Shown: positions 1 to 12,224 of the stretch, in pieces
Numbering within the stretch: the stretch's first letter is position 1
How the letters are laid out: every line of letters begins with the position of its first letter
From: an uncultured Actinomycetes bacterium
Lineage (GTDB): Bacteria > Actinomycetota > Thermoleophilia > UBA2241
NCBI GenBank assembly: GCA_963767005.1
Contig: CAVYCN010000019.1
Coordinates: forward strand, 113,730 to 177,729
Reading direction: 5' to 3'
DNA length: 64,000 nucleotides
Position numbers and translations under genes: made by a program
Notes under the pieces: model-generated
Told to the model about the DNA's origin: nothing
The model's input: only the letters and a program-made list of their open reading frames with translations
Databases searched by the model: none

Positions 1-751
1 GCGAGCGCCCGCACTTGGACACAGCGAGCGGCTTCTTCAAGGCCACGCTCCTGGCGGCCGCCACGAAGCGCGGACCGTCGGACACGCCCTCGAGGTACAG
101 GGCCACGGCCCGCGTGTCGTCGTCGTCGGCCAGCAGGTCCGCACCGCGTCCGCCTGCGCAGATGTCGGCCTGGTTGCCGAGACTGATCGAGGCACTGACG
201 CCGAGGCCGTCGTCCTGGGCCCAGTCGGTGATCACGCCGCCACGACCGTGCCGCTCTGCCCGACCACCGCGAGGGGCCCGTGCTCGGTCGTCGCCCGGCC
301 AGAACACGGCGCACAACCGGTTGGGCCCGTACGACACGCCCTGGATGTTGAGCCCGAACAGGCGCAGGCCGCGCTCGCGCGCGATGGCCACGAGCTCCCT
401 GTCGAACTCGGGCTTGCCGGAGACTGACTCGCGCCCGCCGGCGCTGATCACGATCGCTCCGGCCGCTCCCTTGTCGGCGGCCTCGTGCAGGACGCCCGGC
501 ACGAACCGGGCTCGCGCGGCGATCACCACGAGGTCGATCTCGCCGGGGATGTCCGTGACCGCGGGGTAGCACGTGAGGCCCGACACCTTCTCGGCCCTGG
601 GGTTGACCGGGAAAACCTCGCCGGTGAACCCCCCGGCCAGGATCGACGGCACCAGCACGCCGCTGAACTTGCTCGGGTCCTGCGACGCACCGACCACGGC
701 GACGCGTCGCGCCTTCAGCATCCGCCAGATGGCGTCCGTGTCACCCACCAC
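1..751 (-). CDS. CoA-binding / NDP-forming acyl-CoA synthetase family protein (partial, runs off window start; probably frameshifted)
   Basis: Manual translation from GTG 751 after GAAGGAG: MVGDTDAIWRMLKARRVAVVGASQDPSKFSG...VFPVNPRAEKVSGLTCYPAVTDIPGEIDLVVI, a typical CoA_binding_2 N-terminus. Confidence 0.8.
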   Translation of the reverse strand, partial: MVGDTDAIWRMLKARRVAVVGASQDPSKFSGVLVPSILAGGFTGEVFPVNPRAEKVSGLTCYPAVTDIPGEIDLVVIAARARFVPGVLHEAADKGAAGAIVISAGGRESVSGKPEFDRELVAIARERGLRLFGLNIQGVSYGPNRLCAVFWPGDDRARAPRGGRAERHGRGGVITDWAQDDGLGVSASISLGNQADICAGGRGADLLADDDDTRAVALYLEGVSDGPRFVAAARSVALKKPLAVSKCGRS

Positions 752-808
752 GCTCTCCTTCACTCGTGCACAGTCCGAAACGGAAGAGGACGCCCCCGTT
801 CATCACGA

Positions 809-2183
809 TCACCGCAGCAGCTCGAGCGCGACCTGCTCGACGAAGAACGCCTCGAACGCCAGGTCGGCCACCGCGATGCGCTCGTCGACGTTGTGGCAGC
901 GCGGCCACACGTCCTTGTAGCTCTCCACGACGTGCGGATCGAAGTTGTGGGCGACGACGTCGGGGAAGGCGCGCGCAGCCAGCGCGAGTCGGTGAACCCG
1001 ACGCAGTGCGTGTTGCCCAGGACGGCGCCCGGCACGTGGCGCTCGAGCACCGCGCGCACGGCCTCCGAAAGCGGCGACGGGTACGGCGAGGCGTTGCCGC
1101 GCACGACGTTGATCCATTCGAGCTCCCACTCGGCCTCGACGCCCTGTAGCGCGGCATACACCATGGCCTGGACGCGGCCTCGTCGTCGCCGGCCAGCGTG
1201 CGGCAGTCCACGCCGAGCTCCACCCCCTGTGGTCGGAAAGACGTTCACTCCCCCGGGTTGTCGGACCGCACGGTGGTGACCGAGAACGCAAAGCCGTACA
1301 GCGGCTCGATCATGGCGGCCAGGCCGGGTTCGCGATCCGCCAGCTCGTCGAGGGCGGCGCGCGCCCGCGCGGGGTCGCGCAGGCGGGCGCGCAGGTCGGG
1401 ATGCCGGCGACCAGGTACCCGACGAGGTCGCGCGACTGATCGACGACCTCGACCGGCAGCTCGCAGGCGGCGAGCGCCGCGGCCACGCGTGCGGCGGCGA
1501 GCACGGCGTTGCCCTGCCGCAGCGGCACCGAGCCGTGACCGGCGCGGCCGTGCACGACGATGCGGAACTGGGCCGCGCCCTTCTCGCCGCTCTGCAGCAG
1601 GAAGAGGCGGCGATCGCCGCACGGCACGTAGGCGCCGTCTCCCTCGTTCAGGACGTAGTCGCAGCGCAGGAGATCGGGGCGCTGCTCGAGCAGCCAGCGC
1701 ACCCCGCCACCGGTGCGGCGCTTGCCCACCGTCGGCCGTGCAGGCATAGGTGACCGTGCCGGCGAAGGGCGCGCCAGTGGCGGCCAGGCGCCGCACGGCG
1801 ACGGCGTTGGCCGCCACGAGGTTCTTGATATCCACGGCCCCGCGGCCCCAGACGTAGCCGTCCTTCACGAGGCCCGAGAACGGCGGGACCTGCCAGTCGG
1901 CCGGGTCAGCCGGCACGACGTCTTCGTGGGCCAGCAGCAGGAGGGTCGGCCCCGGCCTGCTGCCCTCGAGCCGGCAGACGAAGCTGGCTCGCCCAGGCTC
2001 GCCGACGACCTCGCCCTGCAGCCCGTGCCCACGAAACCACTCGGCCATGAACGTCGCCACGGCCGTCTCGTTGCCCGGCGGGTTGCTCGTGTCGATCTGG
2101 ATGAGCCGGCTGAGCAGGTGGGCCGACTCGCGCTCCAGGTCGGCCATCAGCGCCGGGTCGAGGCCGATGGTCGTGGTGGTCAT
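809..2183 (-). CDS. M20/M25/M40 family metallopeptidase/amidohydrolase (frameshifted)
   Basis: LSRLIQIDTSNPPGNE, LLLAHEDVVPA, WGRGAVDIK, GHGS and HNVDERI motifs spread over ORFs 1245..2540, 1310..1747, 760..1248 and 809..1291. Confidence 0.85.
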
Positions 2184-3689
2184 GTCACACCTCCGAAGCG
2201 TCGGCCGGCGGCTGCGAGCGACTCTCCGCGCGAGGCGTGGCTGGTTGCCCAGTCCGGCGCCGCGACGCGGGTGGCCGCGGCATGGTCGCGCACGTACTGC
2301 TTGATGCGCTGCACCACGTCGGACGGCGCGCCGTACGCGAAGGGCCCGCTCCAGGATCTCCTCAACCCTGGCGTGGGCGCGCGCCAGCATCGTGTACTCG
2401 TCGCCGGTGCGACCCCGTGTGGTTGAAGGAGCCGCCGTAGTAGTGCTCGCCCGCCTGCACGGCGCGCCTGGTGTGCGTCTCGCCGAGGAACGAGCCGCCC
2501 GGGCCGATCTTCTCGATGATCTCGTAGGCCAGGGTCGCATCGTCGACCACGATCTCGGTGGAGAGGCGCTGCGCCATCTCCCAGATGTCGTGATCGATCA
2601 CGACCTGCTCGTAGCTGTGGTGGGCGGCGTTGTCGAGCGGGCCGCCCATGGTCACGAAATCGGCCTCGCTCTGGGCCAGGATGAGGATCGCCATGGCCTT
2701 TTCGATGCCCGCCTGGACGTCGGGCCACTGCGAGTCGCTGTACCCGCCCATGCGCGTCGTCGGTAGGCCGTAGTACCTGGCCAGCGCCATCTCGCCGCTG
2801 CTGATCAGGCAGGTCTCCGCCGCGCCCATCGACAGGTAGCCGGTGCGCATGTTCATGAGGGAGCCGGTCGGAGCGTGCAGGACCTTCGCTCCCGGCCAGA
2901 TCGTGTTGGCCAGCGTGCACAAAAAGAGCGTCTCGGCATCACCCAGCAGCAGGTTGGCAGCCACCACGTCGCCGGCGTGGCGACCCCGGCGATCGGCATG
3001 GGGCAGACGTCGACCGGACAGTGCCGCCCGACGACGTGCATGATGATGTCGCCCTCGCGCGCGCCCAGCACGAGCGGCGTGGTTGTGTTGATCTCGGCCC
3101 ACGTGCCGGGAGCGCTGTCGAGGCTGTCGGTGCCGGCCGCCACCATCGCGAGATCGAGCGACGTGCGGGCGTCGCCGACGTTGCCTGGCGCGCAGAGACT
3201 GAGCTTGCCGGTGACGGCCAGCACGAGCCCGAGCGTGTCGGCCACGTCGATCTCGGCCGGCACGTCGCTCGACGGGTACTGGATGGCGACCGTGAACTCG
3301 GCGCCGGGCAGCGCGTTGGTCACCCGGCAGAGATCGATCACGTCCTGGCGGCGGGGCGGGCGGAACTCGTGAGCGCCGTAGTCGAGCATCTTCGGCATCT
3401 TCACGCGCACGCCGGCGTGCTGCCTACCGTCGGGGACGGTGAACCGCGACCCGCCCGGGCGCACGAGCTCGAAGGTCCGCGGGAGCTGAGCCATCGCCTC
3501 CTCGACCATGGCGGCGGGCAGACGCACCACGTCGGTCTGCCCCAGCGCCTTGGCGCCGGCGCGCTCGAGCACCTCTCGGCAGCGGTCGTTCTCGACGCGC
3601 ACGCCGACGTTCTCGAGGACCCTCAGCGACTCGGCGTGGATCCGGTCGAGCGCCTTCTCGTCGAGCAGGGACACGGCCTTGGTCGCCAT
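2180..3689 (-). CDS. Trimethylamine methyltransferase (MttB superfamily), non-pyrrolysine (frameshifted)
   Basis: LDRIHAESLRVLENVGVRV N-terminus; YYGLPTTRMGGYSDSQWPDVQAGIEK; SYEQVVIDHD; IGPGGSFLGETHT. Confidence 0.85.
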
Positions 3690-3709
3690 CTCGTCGCACG
3701 CTCCCCTTG

Positions 3710-4991
3710 TCAGCGGCCGCGAGCGCCGTCGCCCACCGCGGCGGTCGCGAGGGCGAGGCCCTGGGCCGCCATGCGGCCGAGCGCACGCTGCCAGGCGGCC
3801 ACGACCTCGCCCAGCACGCCGTCGTCCATCGGCGTCGAGAGGTTCATGCTGCCGCGCGGCGCGATGTAGAGGCCTTCCTCGAGGCAGGCGCGATGGAAGG
3901 CCAGCGGCGCCGCCGAGTTCACCTGCAGCAGCGAGCCGTAGTTGTGCACGCGTACGTCGAGGCCGGCGGCGTCGGCCGCGTCGTTGAGCAGGCGCGACAG
4001 GCTGTCGCCGAAGCCGTTGATGCGGTCGCAGGCTGCCGTGTCGAGCATGTCGAGGCTGACGCAGCCCGCGGCCAGGCACAGGGGGCTGCCGTTCATGGTG
4101 CCGTGGGCCGACAGCGGCTCGGGGATGCGCGGGTCGAAGATCCGCATGACCTCTTCCTTGCCCCCGTAGGCGCCCAGCGGCATGCCGCCGGCGATCGTCT
4201 TGCCGACCGTTGTGAGATCGGCCTCGATGCCGTGCTCCGCCTGCCAGCCGCCGGGGTGCAGGCGAACGGTGATCGTCTCGTCGAGGATGAGCAGAGCGCC
4301 GTGCTCGTGCGCGAGTCGCAGCGCGGCGCGGATGAACTCGGGGTCGCCGGGCTCGAGGATGTGGCCCAGGATCGGCTCGAGCAGGATGGCGACTGTTGGG
4401 GCCGTGCGCCTGCATCAGCTCCTCGAGATGGGCGACGTCGTTGAAGCGCACGAAGTGGCACATGCCGGCGAGCGCCTGGGGGATGCCCATCGGGACAACG
4501 CCGGCGCCGTCAGGGTGAGCCTCGTCGGCGCCGCTCAGGGAGACCTGGTCCCAGCTACCGTGGTAGCCGTTGGCGGGCATGATGATGTCGTCGCGGCCGG
4601 TGAACGCGCGCGCCCCTCGCACGGCCATCATGACCGCCTCGGTGGCCGAGTTGGTGAAGCGCACGAGGTCGATCGAGGGCGTCCGCGAGCAGAGCCGCTC
4701 GGCGAGCTCACCCTGCAGGGCGATAGGCGCGGGCATGGCCGCGGCCAGACCGTGGGGTGCCGTGCGCGTCATGGCCTCGACGATGCGCGGATGCGCGTGG
4801 CCGTGGACCAGGGCGGTGTAGTTGTTGATCAGGTCGATGTAGGCGTTGCCGTCGACGTCCCAGAGGCGGCAGCCCTCGCCCCGCTCGATGCCGATCGGGA
4901 ACGGATCGTAATGGGTCACCGTCCTCGTGTTGGCGCCGGGCATCACCTTCGCCAGCCGCTCGAAGAGCTCGCGTGATCTGTCGTCTCTCAT
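3710..4991 (-). CDS. Class III PLP aminotransferase (glutamate-1-semialdehyde aminomutase-like), frameshifted
   Basis: GEGCRLWDVDGNAYID, GHAHP, VRFTNSATEAVM, YHGSWD; C-terminal GTMNGSPL in ORF 3710..4183. Confidence 0.85.
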
Positions 4992-5083
4992 CTGCCTCTC
5001 CTGCACGATCGGGGCTTGGCGTAGTGGGCAAGCGCAACGCGCCGGTCACCGACTTGCCCGCCCGCGGGGGCTGGATGCGTATC

Positions 5084-5100
5084 GTATGCAATCAGCATAC
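5084..5100. promoter_or_regulatory. Candidate GntR operator GTATGC-N5-GCATAC
   Basis: Palindrome in the intergenic region; related hexamers with the same 5-bp spacing occur at 14067-14094 and 15128-15144. Confidence 0.5.
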
Positions 5101-5118
5101 CGAGCGCGGTGATGGCGG

Positions 5119-6154
5119 TCAACGGAAGATGAACCCTTCCCCGACGGGGTCGTCGGGGTCGACGAAGAAGGTGGCCGTACCGGTAAGGAAGGCCGCGCCC
5201 GTGACCTCGGGCACGACGGCCCGGTGACGACCGACGCCTGAGCGCGCGACGACGGACACGGCGAAGCACGTGCCGAGGATGCTCTCGATGACGATGGTCT
5301 CGCCGTCGCCGAGCTGGCCGGCATCATGCAGCAGGGCGGCCCGGGCGCTGACCCCCGTGCCGGTCGGCGAGCGGTCGACCTCGCCCTCGGCAAAGACGCA
5401 GACGTGCCTGCTGTGGTGGCGCTCGTCGGCCGGCGGGCCGGTGAAGATGACGCCGTAGAGGAAGCCCAGGTCGGGGGCGTTCGGGTCGTCGATCGTGAGC
5501 TGGGCCGCGACCGCCTGCTTGACCAGCTTTCCCACACAGACCAGGCGATCGTGCTGGCCTGGCACCAGCGACAGGCCGAGGTCGGCCGCGTCGCAGAAGG
5601 CGTAGTAGGCGCCGCCGAAGGCGACGTCGCAGACCGTCGTGCCGATGCCCTCGAGCCTCACGTCGACGCCGCGCCGGTAGACGAACGACGGCACGTTGGC
5701 GAAGCTCACCGTGTGCACGGTCCCGCCCGCCGCCGTCGCGCGGGCCACCACGAGACCGGCCGGCGTGTCGGTTCTCACCGAGCGACTCGGCGCCCTCGCC
5801 GGCCGCGACCATGCCCGTCTCCAGGAGCACCTTCGTGAAGCCGATGATGCCGTGCCCGCACATGGTGCTGAAGCCCTCGTTGTGCAGGAACAGCACGCCG
5901 CAGTCGCTACCCTCCGTCACCGGGGCGGTCGGGATCGCGCCGTACATGTCGGCATGACCGCGCGGCTCCCACATCAGCGTCCGCCGCAGGCCGTCGAGAT
6001 GCTCCTGGGCGTAGCGACGTTTGGCGAGCATCGTGTCGCCCGGGATCGGCGGCAGCCCCTCGACGATCACCCGCAGGGGCTCGCCGGCGGCGTGCACGTC
6101 GATGGTCCGCAGGACCGGTGAACCCCCGGGTACGTGCGGCGTGACCTGCGCCAT
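5119..6154 (-). CDS. Proline racemase family protein, Cys/Thr dyad (trans-3-hydroxy-L-proline dehydratase-like), frameshifted near 5775
   Basis: [26 protein letters not shown] and DRSPTGTG motifs. Confidence 0.85.
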
Positions 6155-7539
6155 CAGCCGTAGAAGGGCGGATCGCGGAACTGCAGCCCCATTGCTTCCA
6201 GACCTGCCCTTGCCTCTTCGTATGCCGCGCGGATCTCCGGGCCGGGGCGCCGCGTCGCTACCTCGTAGCAGTCCTGATAGCGCAGACCGAGCGGCGGGTC
6301 CTTGAGCTTGTCCTCGTAGGCGTCGAGCAGCCGCAGGACGATCGCGTTGACCTCGGCCCGGGGCAGACCGACCACGGACCGCCCGACCTCGGCGGCAAGC
6401 AACGGCTCCGCCGGCGAGACGTGATCGGGGTGCGTGGCGCGCGCGGCGGGGCCGGCCTCGACGCTGCCGCCGCTCACCACGCAGGTTGCGGCCATCGCCG
6501 CCGCCTCGTACAGGCTCATCGTCGTCCCGGGCCCGGCCGCGTAGACACCCGACTCGAGACAGGGCACGTCGCTATGGGTGGTGACCGCCTGCATCGCCAC
6601 CGACCGCACCCAGATGACGTCGCGGCCGGCGACGGACTGCGTCTCGAAGTGCGTCACGTACGGGTGCTGGACGGCGGCCTGAAGGACGAGCAGCGCGAAG
6701 AAGTGATAGGCGGCGAGCGTGATCGCACAGCCGGCCGGACCACCCGCGTAGCCGCCGATCACCTGCCCGGTGCCGCCCAGCACGTGGCGACCCTGCGAGC
6801 GTGCGAACGCGACCCGGCTCAGATTGTCGAAGTCGATCTTGAGCTCGGCGATGTTGCCGATCTCGGTCACGTCGTGGCTGCCGGCGAGGGCGCCGCCGGC
6901 GATGTTCCCCTGCGCCTTGACGCCGGTCGGCACGAGGTTGGAGATGCCCAGACCGGGGCGCCCGGCGGCGTGGCGCGCCGCCTCCCGCGTCATGGCGACC
7001 GTGCGCAGGCACCCCTCGACCTCGAGAGGGCTGCCGGCGACGACCGGCAGGCCGTCGATCTGCGCCATCGCCGGCGAGGCGACGGCGTCGATGTGGGGCA
7101 GCTCGCAATAGGCTTGCGTGAGGCTCGCGAAGACGTCGTCGCTGGTGACCGCCGCGCCGCAGGCGCCGAGCGAGAAGAACGGCTCGATCGCGCTCTCGGG
7201 GCGGCGGGTCGGGATCGCCCTGGCCTGCTGCCCCTCGCCCAGGACGACGCCGCGCGGCGCTTCGGCCAGCGCCTGGTCGAGCTCGAGCTCGTCGAACGCG
7301 ACCACTCGCTCGGTGTCGACGCAGTAGACCCCGACGCGCAGGAACAGCTCGCGGCCGGCCTGCCAGACGCGTTCGGCGAGGTCGTCGTCACTCGGGATCG
7401 GCGTCTCGGGCGTGTAGACGATCCCGTGCTTCTTGACGAGCTCGCGGACCGCCGGGATGAAGCGCTTGAGGTCGAAGTCGCCCTGGTTACAGATCTCGCC
7501 GCTCACGGCGCGGCGGTAGAAGTCGACGCTCGAGAGCAT
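6154..7539 (-). CDS. Monomethylamine methyltransferase (MtmB family), non-pyrrolysine
   Basis: 461 aa; DFDL..IP...[50 protein letters not shown]; no in-frame TAG. Confidence 0.85.
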   Translation of the reverse strand: MLSSVDFYRRAVSGEICNQGDFDLKRFIPAVRELVKKHGIVYTPETPIPSDDDLAERVWQAGRELFLRVGVYCVDTERVVAFDELELDQALAEAPRGVVLGEGQQARAIPTRRPESAIEPFFSLGACGAAVTSDDVFASLTQAYCELPHIDAVASPAMAQIDGLPVVAGSPLEVEGCLRTVAMTREAARHAAGRPGLGISNLVPTGVKAQGNIAGGALAGSHDVTEIGNIAELKIDFDNLSRVAFARSQGRHVLGGTGQVIGGYAGGPAGCAITLAAYHFFALLVLQAAVQHPYVTHFETQSVAGRDVIWVRSVAMQAVTTHSDVPCLESGVYAAGPGTTMSLYEAAAMAATCVVSGGSVEAGPAARATHPDHVSPAEPLLAAEVGRSVVGLPRAEVNAIVLRLLDAYEDKLKDPPLGLRYQDCYEVATRRPGPEIRAAYEEARAGLEAMGLQFRDPPFYG

Positions 7540-7545
7540 CCGCCA

Positions 7546-8197
7546 TCAGCTCCTCTGGCGCCGGGCCAGGGCGACGGCGTCGGCCGCCGTCTCTCCGTAG
7601 CCGTCGGCCCCGATCTCGCGCGCCCACTCCGCGGTGACGGCCGCACCGCCGACCATGACGAAGAAGTCGTCCCTCCTGCCCGCCGCGGCCAGATGCTCGA
7701 GGACCTCGCGCTGCTGCGGGATGGTCGTCGACATGAGGGCGCACACGGCGATCACCTCGGCGCGCGCATCGCCGGCGGCCGAGACAAAGCGCGACGCGGG
7801 AACATCGACGCCGAGGTCGACCACCTCGAACCCCGAGGCCTTCAGCATAGTGGCGACGATGTTCTTGCCGAGCGAGTGGATGTCGCCCTTGACGGTGCCG
7901 ATCACGACCTTGCCCCTGGCGTCGGCGCGCGTGGCGCCCTCGAGCAGCGGCTCGACCAGGTCCATGCCGGCCTGCCAGGCTTCGGCCGCGAGCATCATCT
8001 CGGGCAGGTAGACCTCTTCGCGACGGAACTGCTCGCCGACCTCGCGGATGCCGGCCACGAGCCCGTCGTCGAGCAGGGCGCGCGGCGCAAGACCGGCCTC
8101 GAGACCCTCCCGTACGAGCGCCGGCACCCGGTCGAAGTCGGCCTCGACGAAGGCCGCCACGATGCGGCAACCCCCGCTCGGCCTGCGCATCACTCAT
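7546..8197 (-). CDS. Corrinoid (B12-binding) methyltransferase partner protein
   Basis: YLPEMMLAAEA cap domain; GTVKGDIHSLGKNIV, DLGVDV, MVGGA and GADGY motifs; N-terminal frameshift likely. Confidence 0.92.
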
Positions 8198-8371
8198 ACC
8201 GTACCTTCCTGTCGTTCCGTCACGTCGAGGTCAGGGGTCCCGCCGGCCCAGTGCAGACACCGGCCAGCAGCGGTCGGCCGCAGTCGCGGCCGCCGGCCAG
8301 GGTCCACGAGGCGCCGCTCCACGAGCGTCGCCGGGGAGTCCGAGTACTTCCCGTGAGGCCTTCGTGTCGCT

Positions 8372-10289
<1,918 letters not shown>

Positions 10290-10293
<4 letters not shown>

Positions 10294-11180
10294 ATCACTG
10301 CCAACCGGCTCAGCTCGTCGCCGGCGAGGACCCGCGACAGGGCATCGGCGGTGAGGTTGAGTGACACGGCCAGGCACGTGATGCCGAGCGCCGGCAGCAT
10401 GGTGCCCCACGGCGCCACGGTGATCAGGGCACGGTTCTCGGCCACCATCAGCCCCCAGTCCGGCGTCGGCGGCTGCACGCCGAGGCCGAGGAAGCTGAGC
10501 GTGGCGACGAACAGGATGCCGTAGGTGAGCCGCAGGCCGAACTCGGCGAGGGTCGGCCCCGAGACGTTGGGCAGCACCTCGCGGAAGATGATCGACAGGT
10601 CCCGTTCGCCGCGCGCCTGCGCGGACAGGACATAGGGGTTGACGATCACCGACTGGGCCGTGCCGCGCACCACCCGCCCCATGCCCGGCGCGTACACGAG
10701 CGCGACGACAGTGATCAGCACCGTATCGGAGGAGCCGACCGCGCCGATGATCACGAGCACGATGAGCAGCGGCGGCAGGGTGAGCATCACGTCGAACACC
10801 TTGGAGATCACGACGTCGGGCCAGCGGCCCCAGTAGGCGGCGAACAGGCCGAGGCTGCCGCCGACGATGAGCGAGAGCGTCACGGCGACGAGCGGGATGA
10901 GCAGCACGGTCACGCCGCCGTGCAGGAAACGGCTCAGGACGTCGCGCCCGAGGGCGTCGGTACCGAACCAGTGCGCCGCCGACGAGGGCGAGCCCGGAGC
11001 GCCGGCGTCGTAGTTCGTGCCGGGCCCGAAGAAGCGGCCGAGCACGATGAGCCCGATCATGAAGGCGCCCAGGCCGATGCCGATCTTGCCTTCCGTGGTC
11101 TGCAGCACGCCGCGGAGCACGCTGCGCCGCGGTGCGACGCTCGCCACGGAAGCGGCGGCCGATGATTCTGCAATGCTCAT
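10290..11180 (-). CDS. Peptide ABC transporter permease (DppC-like)
   Basis: HWFGTDALGRDVLSR, LSFLGLGVQPPTPDWG. Confidence 0.92.
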
Positions 11181-11183
11181 CTC

Positions 11184-12224
11184 TCAGCCGTTCCTGAGTC
11201 GGGGGTTGTAGAAGGTCACAAGGACGTCGGCGGCGACTCCGATGGCGATGAAGAGGACGCCACAGAGCATCGCGACCGCCTGGACCACGAGCAGATCGCC
11301 GTCGGCGATGGACTGGACGAGCAGCGTGCCCATGCCCGGGAAGCCGAACACGTTCTCGACGATGATGACACCACCGACGAGCCAGATCAGGTCGAGGGCC
11401 ACGGCGTTGATGATCGGGCCCGAGGCGTTCGGCATGAGGTGCTTGTAGACGATGGTGCGACGCGACAGTCCGCGCAGGACCGCCGCGCGCGCGTAGGGTG
11501 TCGTCATCGTCTCGCGCACGGAGACCTGCGTGAGCCGCGAGATGTGCGGCAGCAGCGAGATCACCAGCGTGGTGGTCGGCAGGATGAAGGCCTGGATCTT
11601 GCCGGACACCCCCCCGAACGACATGCCGGTGCTGTCGACCGGTGTCAGGCCGAGCTTCACGGACAGCGCGTAGATCAACACGATGCCGATGACGAAGACC
11701 GGGATCGCGGCCACCGACACGTTCATGATGGAGAGGCTGAGCTCGCGCACCCGCGAGCCGGGTCTGGCAAGGTAGACGCCGAAGGCGATCGCGATCGGCA
11801 GGGCGACGATGATCGAGGTCAGCGCCAGGATGAACGTATTGACGAACTTCGGCATGACGATGCCGCTCACGGGATCGTTCGTGACCGCCGACGTGCCCCA
11901 GTCGCCGTGCAGGAACCCGACGAGCCACTGCTCGTACTGCACGATCACCGGCCGGTCGAGCCCGTGCGCGCGGTTGAAGTCGGAGAGCTGCTGCGGCGTG
12001 GCCTGGCGACCGAGGACGCGGCGCGCCACGTTGATGCCCAGCACGTGCGTCGAGGCGAAGACGATCAGCGAGATCAGCAGCAGCGTGACCAGGGCGGGAA
12101 TGAGGCGCGACCGCACGAGCAGCCACGCCACCGACGCCGCACCCCCCCTGCCGGGGGGTGCGGCGAACGCTTCGGTGGAAGCCAGCGCCGCCTCGGGTAG
12201 AGACGGTTCCGAACCTTCCGTCAT
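11184..12224 (-). CDS. Peptide ABC transporter permease (DppB-like)
   Basis: GLDRP..VQY..WL...LHGDWG, ENVFGFPGMG, NPRLR. Confidence 0.92.
   Translation of the reverse strand: MTEGSEPSLPEAALASTEAFAAPPGRGGAASVAWLLVRSRLIPALVTLLLISLIVFASTHVLGINVARRVLGRQATPQQLSDFNRAHGLDRPVIVQYEQWLVGFLHGDWGTSAVTNDPVSGIVMPKFVNTFILALTSIIVALPIAIAFGVYLARPGSRVRELSLSIMNVSVAAIPVFVIGIVLIYALSVKLGLTPVDSTGMSFGGVSGKIQAFILPTTTLVISLLPHISRLTQVSVRETMTTPYARAAVLRGLSRRTIVYKHLMPNASGPIINAVALDLIWLVGGVIIVENVFGFPGMGTLLVQSIADGDLLVVQAVAMLCGVLFIAIGVAADVLVTFYNPRLRNG

Noticed and set aside
2853-5006. Apparent aminotransferase-MttB fusion (717 aa ORF)
   Set aside because: The aminotransferase C-terminus is in another frame and stops at 3710, and MttB has its own RBS and ATG at 3689; frameshift artefact
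2180-7539. Pyrrolysine (UAG) readthrough in mttB or mtmB
   Set aside because: No in-frame TAG at the expected positions (TAC and TCC instead) and no pyl genes in the window
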